A stretch of 64,000 nt of DNA from Leptonemataceae bacterium (lineage in GTDB: Bacteria > Spirochaetota > Leptospiria > Leptospirales > Leptonemataceae): positions 5,536,001-5,600,000 of the forward strand of contig OZ245742.1 in NCBI GenBank assembly GCA_965227295.1, in the 5' to 3' direction. Shown in pieces: positions 48,801 to 59,893 of this stretch. Under the pieces are notes generated by a model. It was not told where the DNA came from, did not search any database, and saw only the letters and a list, made by a program, of their open reading frames with translations. A program made the translations under genes and the position numbers. Within the stretch, counting starts at the first letter, position 1; the number at the start of each line of letters is the position of its first letter.

Positions 48801-50498
48801 TTCGTCGAGCTGGCCGATCTTCGCGCGGGAATCCTGCACGCGCAGATCATAGTAGCCGCGATCGGGAATCGTGCCGCCGCTCATGTAGAGCACGCGCTCG
48901 GCGCCGTCCCGGGCCCGCACGCGTCGGCGAATGCGATCGTAGGCGATGCGCGGACGCAGTTCTCGTACGCGGGAGTCCGCGAAACGGCCGGAGAGCATAT
49001 CGAGGACCAACTCGAAACCTTCACGGCTTAATTTGCGATACGGATAACTTTGCTTCAGGGTAACGTAAAGGTCGAGGACGTCGCGGTCCGTTCCGGCGCA
49101 CATCGAAACGATCACCTGGGCCAGGACGTCCAGGGGCGCATCCGGCGGGCGCACGGGTTCGATGCTGCGTTCGTCCACGGCCCGGGCCATCACCGCGGCG
49201 TCGAGGACGTCCCGGCCGTGGGCGGGATAAATCCAACCGCGCGAAGTTTCACCGACGCCGTGCCCCGCCCGGCCGATGCGTTGCAGCGACGACGACACCC
49301 GGCGGGGTGTCTGGATCATCACCACCTCGTCCACACTGCCGATGTCGATGCCCAGTTCCAGAGAAGACGTCGCCACGATGGCCGGCAGCTCACCGGCCTT
49401 CAAGCGTTCCTCGACCAGCAGTCGAATGTCCCGGGACAACGAACCGTGATGACACAACGCGAGCTGTTCGTCCTCGCCCTCGTTCAGGAAGCGCGCGATC
49501 TTTTCGGCCAGGGCCCGGCTGTTCGTAAAGAGCAGCGTCGATCGATTGCGGCGAATGATCGCCTTAAAATCGACGCACATGCGCTGCCAGAGGGCGTCCG
49601 GATCTTCCTCATCGTCCGCGGCAATTTCGTCGTCGGCCGCAGCGTCGGCCGCCGGGAGCATTTCCCCCGGCGGAATGCAACGCACGCCGATCTCTACCCG
49701 CTTTGCGTCACGGGACTCGATGATGCTGACTTTCCGTGGCGTTAAGTTTACCTCGTCAAAACTTTGCACATCCTGCGATACTAGTTCAGAGCCGCCGACA
49801 AAGTCCGCCACCGTTTCCAGCGGACGCACCGTGGCCGACAACGCGATGCGCTGCAGCTCCGGGTTCCCGACGGCCAGGCGTTCCACCGCCGTCATCAAAT
49901 GCGTGCCGCGCCGGCTCCCCGCCACGGCGTGGATCTCGTCGAGAATCACCGTCGTCACCCCGACGACGTTCGCCGTAGCGTTTGCGTTTGCATCATGCTG
50001 CTCGTAAAACAACGCGCGGCCGCGGCGAGACGTGAGCAGGATGTTCAACGATTCCGGCGTGGTGATGAGAATCTCCGGCGGCTTGCGCAGCATACGCTGG
50101 CGCTCGTTCTGCGGCGTGTCGCCACTGCGCACGGCGACGCGCAGGTCCGGGAAGGGCTCGCCGCGCAGCGCGAAGAGGCGTCGGAGTTCCGACAGCGGGC
50201 GCAAGAGATTCCGCTCGACGTCGTTGTTCAACGCCTTGAGCGGCGAGATATAAACCACCCGTACACCGCCGGTCGGCCACACGCCGGTGATGAGCCGATC
50301 CAGCGCCCACAGAAAGGCGCTCAGGGTCTTGCCGCTCCCCGTCGGCGCGGTGATCAGAACGTGCTCGCCCGCGGCAATGCGCGGCCAGGCCTGGCGCTGG
50401 ACGTCCGTAGGTGTTCCTACAATTCCGGCGAACCACTCCGCGACGAGAGGATGAAAGATCTGCAACGAATCTTCGGGCGGTGGTTCCGGGGGCGGCAT
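45858..50498 (-). CDS. lhr: Lhr family large DEAD/DEAH-box helicase
   Basis: APTGSGKTL, SPLKALNND, TTPESL, DEIH, LSATV, HHGSLS, SSLELGIDIG, QRIGRAGH, GGTIPDRG, C-terminal GYF.EG..G.QFA. Confidence 0.92.
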   Translation of the reverse strand: MPPPEPPPEDSLQIFHPLVAEWFAGIVGTPTDVQRQAWPRIAAGEHVLITAPTGSGKTLSAFLWALDRLITGVWPTGGVRVVYISPLKALNNDVERNLLRPLSELRRLFALRGEPFPDLRVAVRSGDTPQNERQRMLRKPPEILITTPESLNILLTSRRGRALFYEQHDANANATANVVGVTTVILDEIHAVAGSRRGTHLMTAVERLAVGNPELQRIALSATVRPLETVADFVGGSELVSQDVQSFDEVNLTPRKVSIIESRDAKRVEIGVRCIPPGEMLPAADAAADDEIAADDEEDPDALWQRMCVDFKAIIRRNRSTLLFTNSRALAEKIARFLNEGEDEQLALCHHGSLSRDIRLLVEERLKAGELPAIVATSSLELGIDIGSVDEVVMIQTPRRVSSSLQRIGRAGHGVGETSRGWIYPAHGRDVLDAAVMARAVDERSIEPVRPPDAPLDVLAQVIVSMCAGTDRDVLDLYVTLKQSYPYRKLSREGFELVLDMLSGRFADSRVRELRPRIAYDRIRRRVRARDGAERVLYMSGGTIPDRGYYDLRVQDSRAKIGQLDEEFVWERSLGDVFHLGNRYWKIAEITHNDVLVVPGEAKHAIVPFWRAEDDDRGRHLCDRLGEFLEDIDGRLAHAAAPEYRAELLSEFRRDYFLDEVAANQLLEFLEAQRSAANAPLPHRHHVLVEHFQDPLNRSDQKQVILHTFWGGRANRPLSLALRAAWRRLQSFPLQTTHNDDGVLLILPDDFAVEDLWDLVPSRDLEDLLRESLESSGYFGARFRENAGRALLLPPSGFDQRLPLWFNRLRSKKLLEAVSGYKDFPIMLETWRTCLRDEFELDTLRERLEEIQRGEITVSETTTRRASPFAADLVWRETNYFMYADDTPTRDRRSTLDGELLDRVVFDEQRRPKISRELYEEFRAKLQRTAPEYSPRSVQDLVEWVKERLIIPRPEWQALLAAMQRDGRELFEAAAAGADAAEESGNARSSFLASVQKELSEHLCEILLPGAGVPVVTALENLGDLGTFATNGDRRLAARLVAQFLRYYGPANEDIVPVCFGLAGDAWASLLDDLLREHLLVRTPAPDHLGESRLRLCDADNLEHLLRLVRRRARGAVERTLPVRLLPVFLAEYQGLIPLEIDADAAGAGPLEVMKRRLESLLGYPAQAAQWEQDILPFRVSPYHTAFFDSLFQESSLAWFGCGKETIAFAFAEDLDLFPRAPLDDEDEQAAADREALRQLWIDPAARYDALELAQRADRDAGELVELLWRAAWRGEIASDAFVTVRRGIEKKFQAIPPQQARRAAFRATLEGRWSQGRQPGGRWYFLNLPESRADDLLEEEELVRERIRLLFARYGVLFRELLQRELPALRWSAVLRQLRLMELSGEILGGYFFEGVPGLQFASAAAYRVLRRGLEEDRVYAMSAKDPASVCGLRFDGAVTNVDPRPFASFPDRKSGTHFVMDGAEVVLISRRNGAVLEIRRPPENERLKLYLKLFERILGRAFQPPGQVRVETINDTAAPKSEYAQALIDFGFEKDYKYLTLRRR

Positions 50499-50565
50499 TT
50501 GTAAGAGTTCCTACAATTTTGACTTGCGGCACGCGCGATTGCTGGTATTCTTACCGGTAAGTCAG

Positions 50566-51150
50566 ATGGCACGCAAACCGCGCATCAAAACCGAGCTGAA
50601 GAAGCACGCCCGCAAGCTCTTTTATGTCCAGGGATATCCGAACACGGGGATCAGCCAGATCATCGAGTCGGCCGGGACGAACAAGGCAACCTTCTATTAT
50701 AACTATCGCAGCAAAGAACAACTCGGCCGCGAGTATCTCCACGAGTACAGCGATTATCTGCTCATCCGCCTGGCGCGGCAAATGAAACGCTCCGCTTCCC
50801 CCGAAGACTTCATCCGTCGCTGGGTCACACTGGTAAAAAAGGACGTCACCCTGCACGACGATACCTTCAACGGCTGCCCCCTCGGCAACTTCATCAATCA
50901 AATCGACATTCGCGGCACCGAGTTCGCGCCGTTCATCGGTGAGCTGGTGAAAAACTGGGAGGCCCAGCTCTCGCGCTTCTTTGCGGAGATGCAGGCCTCC
51001 GATCGTTTCCCGAAGGACCTCGATCCCACCGCCGCGGCGGCCCGCTGTCTGGCCATCTATCACGGTTGCATGGTTCTGTGGAAAGCCACGCGAGAGCTGA
51101 ATTACATTGAGCAGGCGGAAGAGATGATGATTCGCTGCGTGGCGCGGTGA
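50566..51150 (+). CDS. TetR/AcrR family regulator
   Basis: LFYVQGY.NTGI.QII..AG..KATFYY...SKE.L; GCPLGN. Confidence 0.9.
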   Translation: MARKPRIKTELKKHARKLFYVQGYPNTGISQIIESAGTNKATFYYNYRSKEQLGREYLHEYSDYLLIRLARQMKRSASPEDFIRRWVTLVKKDVTLHDDTFNGCPLGNFINQIDIRGTEFAPFIGELVKNWEAQLSRFFAEMQASDRFPKDLDPTAAAARCLAIYHGCMVLWKATRELNYIEQAEEMMIRCVAR

Positions 51151-51156
51151 ACGCGT

Positions 51157-52347
51157 TCAGCGCGGGCGCCCGTCCGAGGCATAGTACACGAAATCCACCC
51201 GGCCACCGTCGGCATCGCGGATTTCCAGTTGTTTCGGCCGCCCCATAAATGCCTGCGCTTCGAAAGCCCAGCGCGTACCGGCTGCATTCCAGCGCACGTC
51301 GCGGCCGCGCGCGGTCGTAAGCAGAGTTTCCGAAGTGAAACCGACCGGGAAGATATCAACGGGCGGAGTGGCCTCCCCGCTAAGAGCATAGAGTTTTATG
51401 TGATACGTGGTAGTACCCTCCGGCCACTGCCCGGTAACAAAACGCTCAGAAATCAAGAGACGATCGGAGTCACCACCCCACCGCAAGTCAGCTACCAGAT
51501 GCTCCCAGAGCGGCTGGCATCTGACTCCGCTGCGTACCGCCCGCGGATCACTGCCGTCTGCGGCGCGAGTCCAGACGTCGCAACGGCCGAAGCTGTACGC
51601 GATTCGACCGCCATCCGGCGAAACCCGCAGATGCGAGATGCCGTAGCGCCCGTACGGAGTAGCCGATGAAATATCACTGAACGTCAACAACTGTAGATCG
51701 CTGCCGTCGATATTCACCGCATACAGAAAATAACAGCCGCCATGATACACGGTAAATACGATCCGACTGCTGTCAGGAAACCAGTCGGCAGCATTCACGC
51801 GCGCAGGATAGACTGATGTTTCCGTACCGGATGTGAGATGGTGAACCCTGAGGCCCGTCGCATCCTGAAGGAGCATGTATTCCCCGTCCGGCGACGTAAG
51901 CACCGGCGCCTGGCCAGGTTGTTTCACGAACCTCCGCTCCACTGGATCGTAATCCATCCGGAAATAGTTGCCGCTCTCATGAAAGCGAAACTGCGGACCG
52001 GGTCCGGACCATTCCAGGCCTTCCATCGCATGTGCACCGCCCTCGTACAACAGCCAGACCGCATCGGAGCCGATCATCTTGCCGTAGATATTTTCCCGCC
52101 ACGTCGAAGTAGAAGGCGGCGCAACGAAAATCAGGTCCACCTCCGGTACGTTTTGCCTCAGCGCGTTTGGAAACAGCGGGCGGCTGACCGGCGAGGTCGG
52201 TGCCGCGTCCACGGCGTCCTCGACATCCGACACCGGGGCCAGCGCCCCCAGCAACGCCAGGGCCTCACCGCCGTCGGAACCACCGGAGCCGCCGCAAAAC
52301 GTAAGCAGCACAAGGAATGTGGCCGGCAGGCTAATGTTTGCGCGCAT
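51157..52347 (-). CDS. Lipoprotein with TolB/PD40-like beta-propeller
   Basis: LTF-C; SPDG, WFPDS.RIVF, N.DGSD...LT, SPDGGRIAY repeats. Confidence 0.7.
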   Translation of the reverse strand: MRANISLPATFLVLLTFCGGSGGSDGGEALALLGALAPVSDVEDAVDAAPTSPVSRPLFPNALRQNVPEVDLIFVAPPSTSTWRENIYGKMIGSDAVWLLYEGGAHAMEGLEWSGPGPQFRFHESGNYFRMDYDPVERRFVKQPGQAPVLTSPDGEYMLLQDATGLRVHHLTSGTETSVYPARVNAADWFPDSSRIVFTVYHGGCYFLYAVNIDGSDLQLLTFSDISSATPYGRYGISHLRVSPDGGRIAYSFGRCDVWTRAADGSDPRAVRSGVRCQPLWEHLVADLRWGGDSDRLLISERFVTGQWPEGTTTYHIKLYALSGEATPPVDIFPVGFTSETLLTTARGRDVRWNAAGTRWAFEAQAFMGRPKQLEIRDADGGRVDFVYYASDGRPR

Positions 52348-52447
52348 GACAATACATGTACCCGGTCGACCCGAAAGCGTCTCATTCCGGACTCATAACG
52401 GCAGATCCGCCAACATCCAGGCATTTACGCCTGCATTTTTCACTTTT

Positions 52448-52473
52448 CTAGCAGTCCCGCCTCCGAGTGCTAA
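52448..52473 (+). promoter_or_regulatory. CIRCE-like element with 8-nt spacer
   Basis: CTAGCAGTC-N8-GAGTGCTAA versus consensus TTAGCACTC-N9-GAGTGCTAA. Confidence 0.65.
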
Positions 52474-52518
52474 AAAATGCTCGACACCCGCTCCTCTATC
52501 ACTTATTTGGCGAAGAAA

Positions 52519-52545
52519 TTAGCAGTCTCGCAAGGCGACTGCCAA
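52519..52545 (+). promoter_or_regulatory. CIRCE element (HrcA operator)
   Basis: TTAGCAGTC-N9-GACTGCCAA upstream of groES. Confidence 0.85.
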
Positions 52546-52614
52546 CGCGAGACACAGCGTCCCCCCGCCCGCAAAACGGACGGCCCGGGACAGCAAACAA
52601 GGGAGAACAAGACC

Positions 52615-54581
<1,967 letters not shown>

Positions 54582-54712
54582 TTCGTCGCAACGGTCGCCC
54601 ACTCCGGCCCGCGATAGAGCGGGCCTCCGGAGTGGGTCAGCGGCGGGTGGGGTTGGATGGTTCGAATCGGCCCTGTCTTACCGTTTGTGTTTTTCAGATT
54701 CGTTTCTTAAAC

Positions 54713-54751
54713 AAAAGGCGTGGTTCCGGTTTTCGGGGCCGCGCCTTTTTT
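54713..54751 (+). terminator. Rho-independent terminator after groEL
   Basis: aaaaggcgtggttccg-gtttt-cggggccgcgcctttt plus T-run. Confidence 0.8.
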
Positions 54752-54764
54752 GGTAGAGAACTGT

Positions 54765-55367
54765 ATGTCGGATATTCTAAAAGCGGCGGGGGAGTTGGAT
54801 ATCGGGAACGTCGCCTTGATCCTGCTGTTCTTGATTCCTGGCTTTCTTTCGCTGAAAGTTTATGACACACTGTTTCCGAGACAGCCGCGTGATCTTTCTA
54901 AATCGATTATCGAAGTGCTGATGTACAGTGCGCTGAATTACGGCGCGCTTTCTTGGCTCATTTACCTGAGTCTTTATATCCAGATCGCCTGGCTGAAAGC
55001 GCTTACATTGATTCTCAGCGTTCTGATCATGCCGATTGCGTGGCCGGTGGGCTACTACAATCTCCTCAAGATCAGTTGGTTTCGAACCCGCCTGGGAATT
55101 CATCCGATTCCGGTCCCCTGGGACTATGTTTTCGGTAAAGGGAAACCGTACTGGATTATCGTCCATCTGAAGGACGGCCGAAAAATTGGGGGTCGTTATC
55201 ATACCGACTCTTTTGCCTCTTCGTTTCCCGAATCTCCCCAGATCTATGTCGAGGAAGTCTGGAAACTCTCAAAGACCGGCAAATTCCTGAAACAAATCGA
55301 ACGCTCTCAGGGGATTATTCTTTTCTCTGAAAGCATTGACATGGTCGAATTCTTCGAATACGATTAA
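54765..55367 (+). CDS. DUF6338-like membrane protein
   Basis: Three TM segments with IPGF, then P..WDYVF, VHLKDG..IGG.Y...SFASS.P...QIY.EE.W; family name recalled from memory; AT-richer than flanks. Confidence 0.7.
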   Translation: MSDILKAAGELDIGNVALILLFLIPGFLSLKVYDTLFPRQPRDLSKSIIEVLMYSALNYGALSWLIYLSLYIQIAWLKALTLILSVLIMPIAWPVGYYNLLKISWFRTRLGIHPIPVPWDYVFGKGKPYWIIVHLKDGRKIGGRYHTDSFASSFPESPQIYVEEVWKLSKTGKFLKQIERSQGIILFSESIDMVEFFEYD

Positions 55368-55373
55368 GACAGA

Positions 55374-55529
55374 ATGAGCGATAAAGAAAAAACCCAAAAA
55401 GTAAATAATGGCTACCAACCTACGTCAGGTGTAAAGGGGGGATACCAACCCGTCTCACAGGGCGGCTCCCAATCCCCGCCCAATCCTCCGAAAGGTGGAT
55501 CCGGAGTCCCCGAGAAACCCAAATCGTAA
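55374..55529 (+). CDS. 51-aa Gly/Pro-rich peptide with two GYQP motifs
   Basis: Manual translation MSDKEKTQKVNNGYQPTSGVKGGYQPVSQGGSQSPPNPPKGGSGVPEKPKS*; 6 nt after the previous stop; not in the ORF track. Confidence 0.65.
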   Translation: MSDKEKTQKVNNGYQPTSGVKGGYQPVSQGGSQSPPNPPKGGSGVPEKPKS

Positions 55530-55625
55530 CCCGGTTCGTCCCTCTTGCGTTAGCGATCCGCAGCGCGTAGCGCGGACGGGAACGCCTAAAAACTGTTTCA
55601 ATTTTTTTATGTTCCGGATGATCCT

Positions 55626-56093
55626 GTGATTATGATACGTCCTTGCCAGACTCTGTTTTTCTTGTTCCTCACGCTCCCCCTCCTCTCCTGCTCCGTCATG
55701 CTTAACGCCGACCTCTCCTACATCTACGCCGACGGCAGCGGGAACCGGTACATCCTGCGCCAGGCCGATGCTTCGCAACGAGATTCCATCGACGATGCGC
55801 GGCGCATTGAGCTCGCGTACGAACCCGTAACGCCCACGCAATCTTCCAGCGGCGTCTACAGCGGCGGCGAACCCTGGACCGTCGCCCTCTCAAACGAGGA
55901 CGCGGCCGCGCTCGCCCGCCTGTTCGAAGATGCATTGCACGAAGTAAACGCCCACCAGGAGAATCGTGCCATGGGTACCGGTGAAGTCAGCCGCAAGACG
56001 TCGACGAACAGTACCCGCCGCGTTTTGCAAAGCGGCGCCCCGATCAAAGCGAAGCTCGAAGCGGCACTCTCGAAGTTCGCGCCGACGCCGTAA
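55626..56093 (+). CDS. Hypothetical lipoprotein
   Basis: LLS-C lipobox; YADGSGNRY, Y.PVTP..SSSG.YSGGEP. Confidence 0.75.
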   Translation: MIMIRPCQTLFFLFLTLPLLSCSVMLNADLSYIYADGSGNRYILRQADASQRDSIDDARRIELAYEPVTPTQSSSGVYSGGEPWTVALSNEDAAALARLFEDALHEVNAHQENRAMGTGEVSRKTSTNSTRRVLQSGAPIKAKLEAALSKFAPTP

Positions 56094-56105
56094 CTTCCCG
56101 CGATC

Positions 56106-57866
56106 TTATCTTACGGTGAATGCGAATTGCGTGGTGTTTTCCCCGGTGATGATGAAGTCCGCGCTCGTCACGCTTCCCGACGTCGGTAGACTGCCGGAGA
56201 TGCCGGTGAAAATGTAGAGTTTGCCGGGAGTTCCGCCCGAGTCTCCGATCATCAATTCACGAATACCGTCGCCGTTGACGTCCGCCGCACCGAGTTCGTC
56301 CTGGCCGGTTCCGGCCGTTACGCTGGTATAGATGCCATCGGCGCCGGACAGGGTCGGCGCGACCGTCGGAATGCTGCCGCTTCCACGAAAGACATAGACC
56401 GTGCCGAGGTTCGAAGACGCGTCGAAGTTGTAATTCGGGGCCGATGCAATAATGTCATCGAAGCCGTCACCGTCCAGATCCTTTAACAATATATCATCGT
56501 CACCTAAGCGCGCGCCAGCCTGATCGCCGGTGATCATGAGCGACGCCGTTCCGTCGGCCGTGCCCGTGCTCAAGCGCGTCGTCCCCCCCGGGAAGAGATA
56601 GACCGCCCCCCGGGTCGAGTTAAACGTCGGCCCGGATGCCACAAGGTCCGCAAAGCCGTCGTTGTTGTAGTCCCCCGTTTCGACGTACGCGAAGTTGCTG
56701 TTCGCACTACCGGTGATGGTAGCAGTGGCGACGGCGCCGATGTTCCCGCCGGATATGCGCTCCGCGTTACCGTAGAGAATGTACACCCGCCCGGTCTCGG
56801 CGGTGGCCGGATACAGATTCGAGCCGACGATGACGTCCATGTATCCGTCCGCGTCGAGATCGCCGCTGGCTAATGTTCCCCGGCCGCTACCTAACTCATC
56901 ACCCACATTTTCTCCAACGAGCAACGTATTCACGGATGCGTCCACCGTGGTCACCCCGACGGACTCCGCCCGGCCATGTAAAATGTACAGCTCACCCCGC
57001 GTGCCCGAGGAGTTATTCGAAATGCCGATGAGATCGTCGAAGCCGTCACCGTTGACGTCTGCCAGCTCCAGCCCCCGGCCGGAACTGAGCTCGGCATACA
57101 GCTGCACTTCAGCATCCGCATACGCCGTACTGTTGAGTCCGGTACTGCTTCCAAAGAAAACCGCGTGGACCCCCTGACCGCTGCCCGGCGCTAAGTCCGC
57201 ACCGGGAACAGTTATCCCGAGATCGCCGTAGCCGTCGCCGTTGAAGTCGCCGAACGCCAATCGTTCGCCGGCCCGATCCGCGACCGCGCTCCCCGGGAGC
57301 TTTAAGTTCGCCGCCGACGCGTTCCGGGATACCAGCGCGTCGGGGCCGCCGTAAAACAGATAGGCCGCACCGGAGTTAGCTCCCGCCGACGCATCGGTGT
57401 TGTCGTGAGCAGCGTAGTCTGCATAGCCGTCGCCGTTGACGTCCCGATTGAAATCCTTCTTGATCGTAAAGGTTTGTGCGACCGAGGGCGAGTAATAGAT
57501 GGACCGCGAACGTACCTGAACGCTGTGGCTCGTGCCGTGCCGCCAGGTATCGGCTCCGGTTGGCAGAGCGTAACTCCAACTGTTGCCCGAAACCGTCCCT
57601 GGAAAAAAGGCGCCGCCGTCGATCGACACCTCTACGGACAGGCCCGGCTCCGCAATTACGCTACCGACCAGAAAACCGGACTCGATCGCGCCCCCGTCTC
57701 GAACGTTCAAAGCGACGGGCTGCACGGGAAGATTGACCGCGAAAAAGACGAGCGGATTGCAGAAAACATCCGTGAAGGTGCAGTCCGTGGATGAGGTGCA
57801 ACCCGAAGCGAAGACCGCGGGGAATGCAATCGCCGCGAAGCCCACAGATCCGAGAAAACGAAGCAT
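56106..57866 (-). CDS. FG-GAP (integrin-alpha-like) repeat lipoprotein
   Basis: ASG-C; repeated D.NGDG..D and G.VY.F.G motifs; Ig-like N-terminal region. Confidence 0.9.
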   Translation of the reverse strand: MLRFLGSVGFAAIAFPAVFASGCTSSTDCTFTDVFCNPLVFFAVNLPVQPVALNVRDGGAIESGFLVGSVIAEPGLSVEVSIDGGAFFPGTVSGNSWSYALPTGADTWRHGTSHSVQVRSRSIYYSPSVAQTFTIKKDFNRDVNGDGYADYAAHDNTDASAGANSGAAYLFYGGPDALVSRNASAANLKLPGSAVADRAGERLAFGDFNGDGYGDLGITVPGADLAPGSGQGVHAVFFGSSTGLNSTAYADAEVQLYAELSSGRGLELADVNGDGFDDLIGISNNSSGTRGELYILHGRAESVGVTTVDASVNTLLVGENVGDELGSGRGTLASGDLDADGYMDVIVGSNLYPATAETGRVYILYGNAERISGGNIGAVATATITGSANSNFAYVETGDYNNDGFADLVASGPTFNSTRGAVYLFPGGTTRLSTGTADGTASLMITGDQAGARLGDDDILLKDLDGDGFDDIIASAPNYNFDASSNLGTVYVFRGSGSIPTVAPTLSGADGIYTSVTAGTGQDELGAADVNGDGIRELMIGDSGGTPGKLYIFTGISGSLPTSGSVTSADFIITGENTTQFAFTVR

Positions 57867-57964
57867 GACCGATCAATAGATACGAATTGCGAAATACCGC
57901 GCAACCACAAAATTTCGCGAGCCAGGTTCCGCGGCGATTCTTAACTTTCTTCGCGCGTATGTTT

Positions 57965-58278
57965 ATGCAATAACGCACTCACGTATCGCGGCAGCACGCG
58001 CTCGTAATTCGTGAAAAAAGACCGCGGCTGACGATGATGCATGCGGCCTCCAGATAATCCAGATGGGCATGCCAGCCGGCACCGGCCTGGGGTATATGAT
58101 TCGCGGGCAGACGCCATATCTTTCGCGCTCATCGATCCTTCTTGCGCTTGCGCACCGCACGCAGCAGTTCTTCCAGCCGGTCCAGCCGCGGATTCCAGAA
58201 CGATCGCACGCGAACAAACCAGTTCTCCAGGTCTTCAAAGCCGGCAGGCTCCACGGAGTACCAGCGCGATTGCGCATC
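57965..58278 (-). pseudogene. Remnant of an ArsR regulator-SRPBCC gene pair
   Basis: 58129-58278 reads DAQSRWYSVEPAGFEDLENWF...FWNPRLDRLEELL* (ArsR C-half, preceded by TAA); ATGA overlap; then out-of-frame AGWHAHLDYLEAA (SRPBCC C-terminal helix). Confidence 0.7.
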
Positions 58279-58335
58279 TTACCGGCCGGGCTGAGAAAGG
58301 CTTGCCTTCGCCCGCGAACGAAGCAGAAACTTGCC

Positions 58336-59532
58336 ATGCAGCGTTTTCTCCTGCGAGCTTTGACCGGCCTTCTGATTCTCGCCGTCGCCGGCACCATCTA
58401 CAAGTGGCCGTCCATCCGCCGGCTGCACGCGGCCGTTACCCTCTTCGATAAAGAACACATCGTAGAAAACTTCCGGAGCATGGATCGCCTCTTCCATTCG
58501 CGGAAGATCGAACCCGCGCAAACGCCCTTCGAATTCCGGCGTCGTTCGGTGACGTTACCGGAGTCTTACGCTTATAACGGCGAACGTCGCAATCTCGAAG
58601 ACTTCCTCGAAAAGACGGCCACCGTCGGCCTGCTCGTCCTGCGTGATGATACGATCCTGCACGAAGACTACCGCCGCGGCTATGACGCCACGACCCGGCA
58701 CATCTCCTGGTCCATGGGCAAGTCCGTGGTCTCGGCGCTCGTGGGCATCGCCGTAGCCGAGGGCCGCATCGATTCCATCGAGGATCCGATCACGAAGTAT
58801 GTACCGGAGCTGAAGGGCAGCGGCCTCGACGGTGTATCCATTAAGAACGTCTTACAAATGTCTACTGGTTTGCAGTTTAACGAGGATTACGGCGATTTCT
58901 ATTCGGACATCAATCGTCTGGGAAGGGTGATCGCCTTCGGCAGTTCCCTCGACGAATTCACCCCCACGTTCCAGCGCAACCGGGAGCCCGGCACGTATCA
59001 CCATTACGTCAGCGTGAATACCCAGGCCCTGGGCATGCTGCTGGTTCGGGTTACGAACAAGAACCTGTCCGAGTATCTCGGTGAAAAGATCTGGCAGCGC
59101 ATGGGTACCGAGGCCGCGTGCTACTGGCTCACCGACGATTACGGCATGGAGTTCGCCATCGGCGGATTGAACGCGGTGCTCCGCGATTACGGCCGCTTCG
59201 GCCGGTTGTATCTGAACGGCGGTTCGTGGGAGGGCGAGCAGCTCGTCCCGAAAGATTGGGTGCGCGCTTCGATTACCCCGGACGCCCCGCACTTGATGCC
59301 GGGCGAGAATCCCGCCTCGGCCCACACGGCCGGCTACGGCTATCACTGGTGGATTCCGCCGGAACCGGACGGAGAGTTCCTGGCCATCGGCATATACAAC
59401 CAGTACATCTACGTCTATCCGAAGAAGGACCTGGTGATCGTCAAACTTTCAGCGAACGCAAGTTACACGAAAAACTCGCGAACCCTGGAAAGCGTCGCCG
59501 TCTTTCGGGCGATCGCCGCCGCCATGAACTGA
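58336..59532 (+). CDS. Serine hydrolase, beta-lactamase class C/AmpC-like family
   Basis: SWSMGKS (SxxK), LQMSTG, Y.S.NT, RDYGRFG.LYL..G.W.G.Q, YGYHWW. Confidence 0.9.
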   Translation: MQRFLLRALTGLLILAVAGTIYKWPSIRRLHAAVTLFDKEHIVENFRSMDRLFHSRKIEPAQTPFEFRRRSVTLPESYAYNGERRNLEDFLEKTATVGLLVLRDDTILHEDYRRGYDATTRHISWSMGKSVVSALVGIAVAEGRIDSIEDPITKYVPELKGSGLDGVSIKNVLQMSTGLQFNEDYGDFYSDINRLGRVIAFGSSLDEFTPTFQRNREPGTYHHYVSVNTQALGMLLVRVTNKNLSEYLGEKIWQRMGTEAACYWLTDDYGMEFAIGGLNAVLRDYGRFGRLYLNGGSWEGEQLVPKDWVRASITPDAPHLMPGENPASAHTAGYGYHWWIPPEPDGEFLAIGIYNQYIYVYPKKDLVIVKLSANASYTKNSRTLESVAVFRAIAAAMN

Positions 59533-59539
59533 ACCGCGC

Positions 59540-59845
59540 TCAGCGATCGCTCACCGGGTGGCGTGCATCGCATTCCGAGGCGCAGGCGTCGTTGCAGTAC
59601 TGGAACTTGATGTCGCACTGATTACGGCAGGCATTGATGGCCGGGGACATGCCCTTGCCTTCGCAGTCTTCGTAACACGCGGAATACGCGGCGCATTTCT
59701 TTTCTTTGCACGCGCTCATGCACGCCTCGTTGCGCACGATCTCCTGCGTGGGCTCGTCTTTCTCCGGCTGGCTCTTGCACGCGGCGAACAACAGCATCAC
59801 GGCGGTAACCATCACGAATGTGTTTCGAAAACGGGAAAGGATCAT
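59540..59845 (-). CDS. Small Cys-rich lipoprotein
   Basis: FAA-C lipobox; repeated CxxxC. Confidence 0.75.
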   Translation of the reverse strand: MILSRFRNTFVMVTAVMLLFAACKSQPEKDEPTQEIVRNEACMSACKEKKCAAYSACYEDCEGKGMSPAINACRNQCDIKFQYCNDACASECDARHPVSDR

Positions 59846-59893
59846 GCATGCAATCTCCGTCGTCGCGAGATTTCCGCAACCAGAAATCCAGGC

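Noticed and set aside
45858..50498. Large helicase as part of a defence system
   Set aside because: Standard Lhr architecture with no nuclease, methylase or other defence neighbours.
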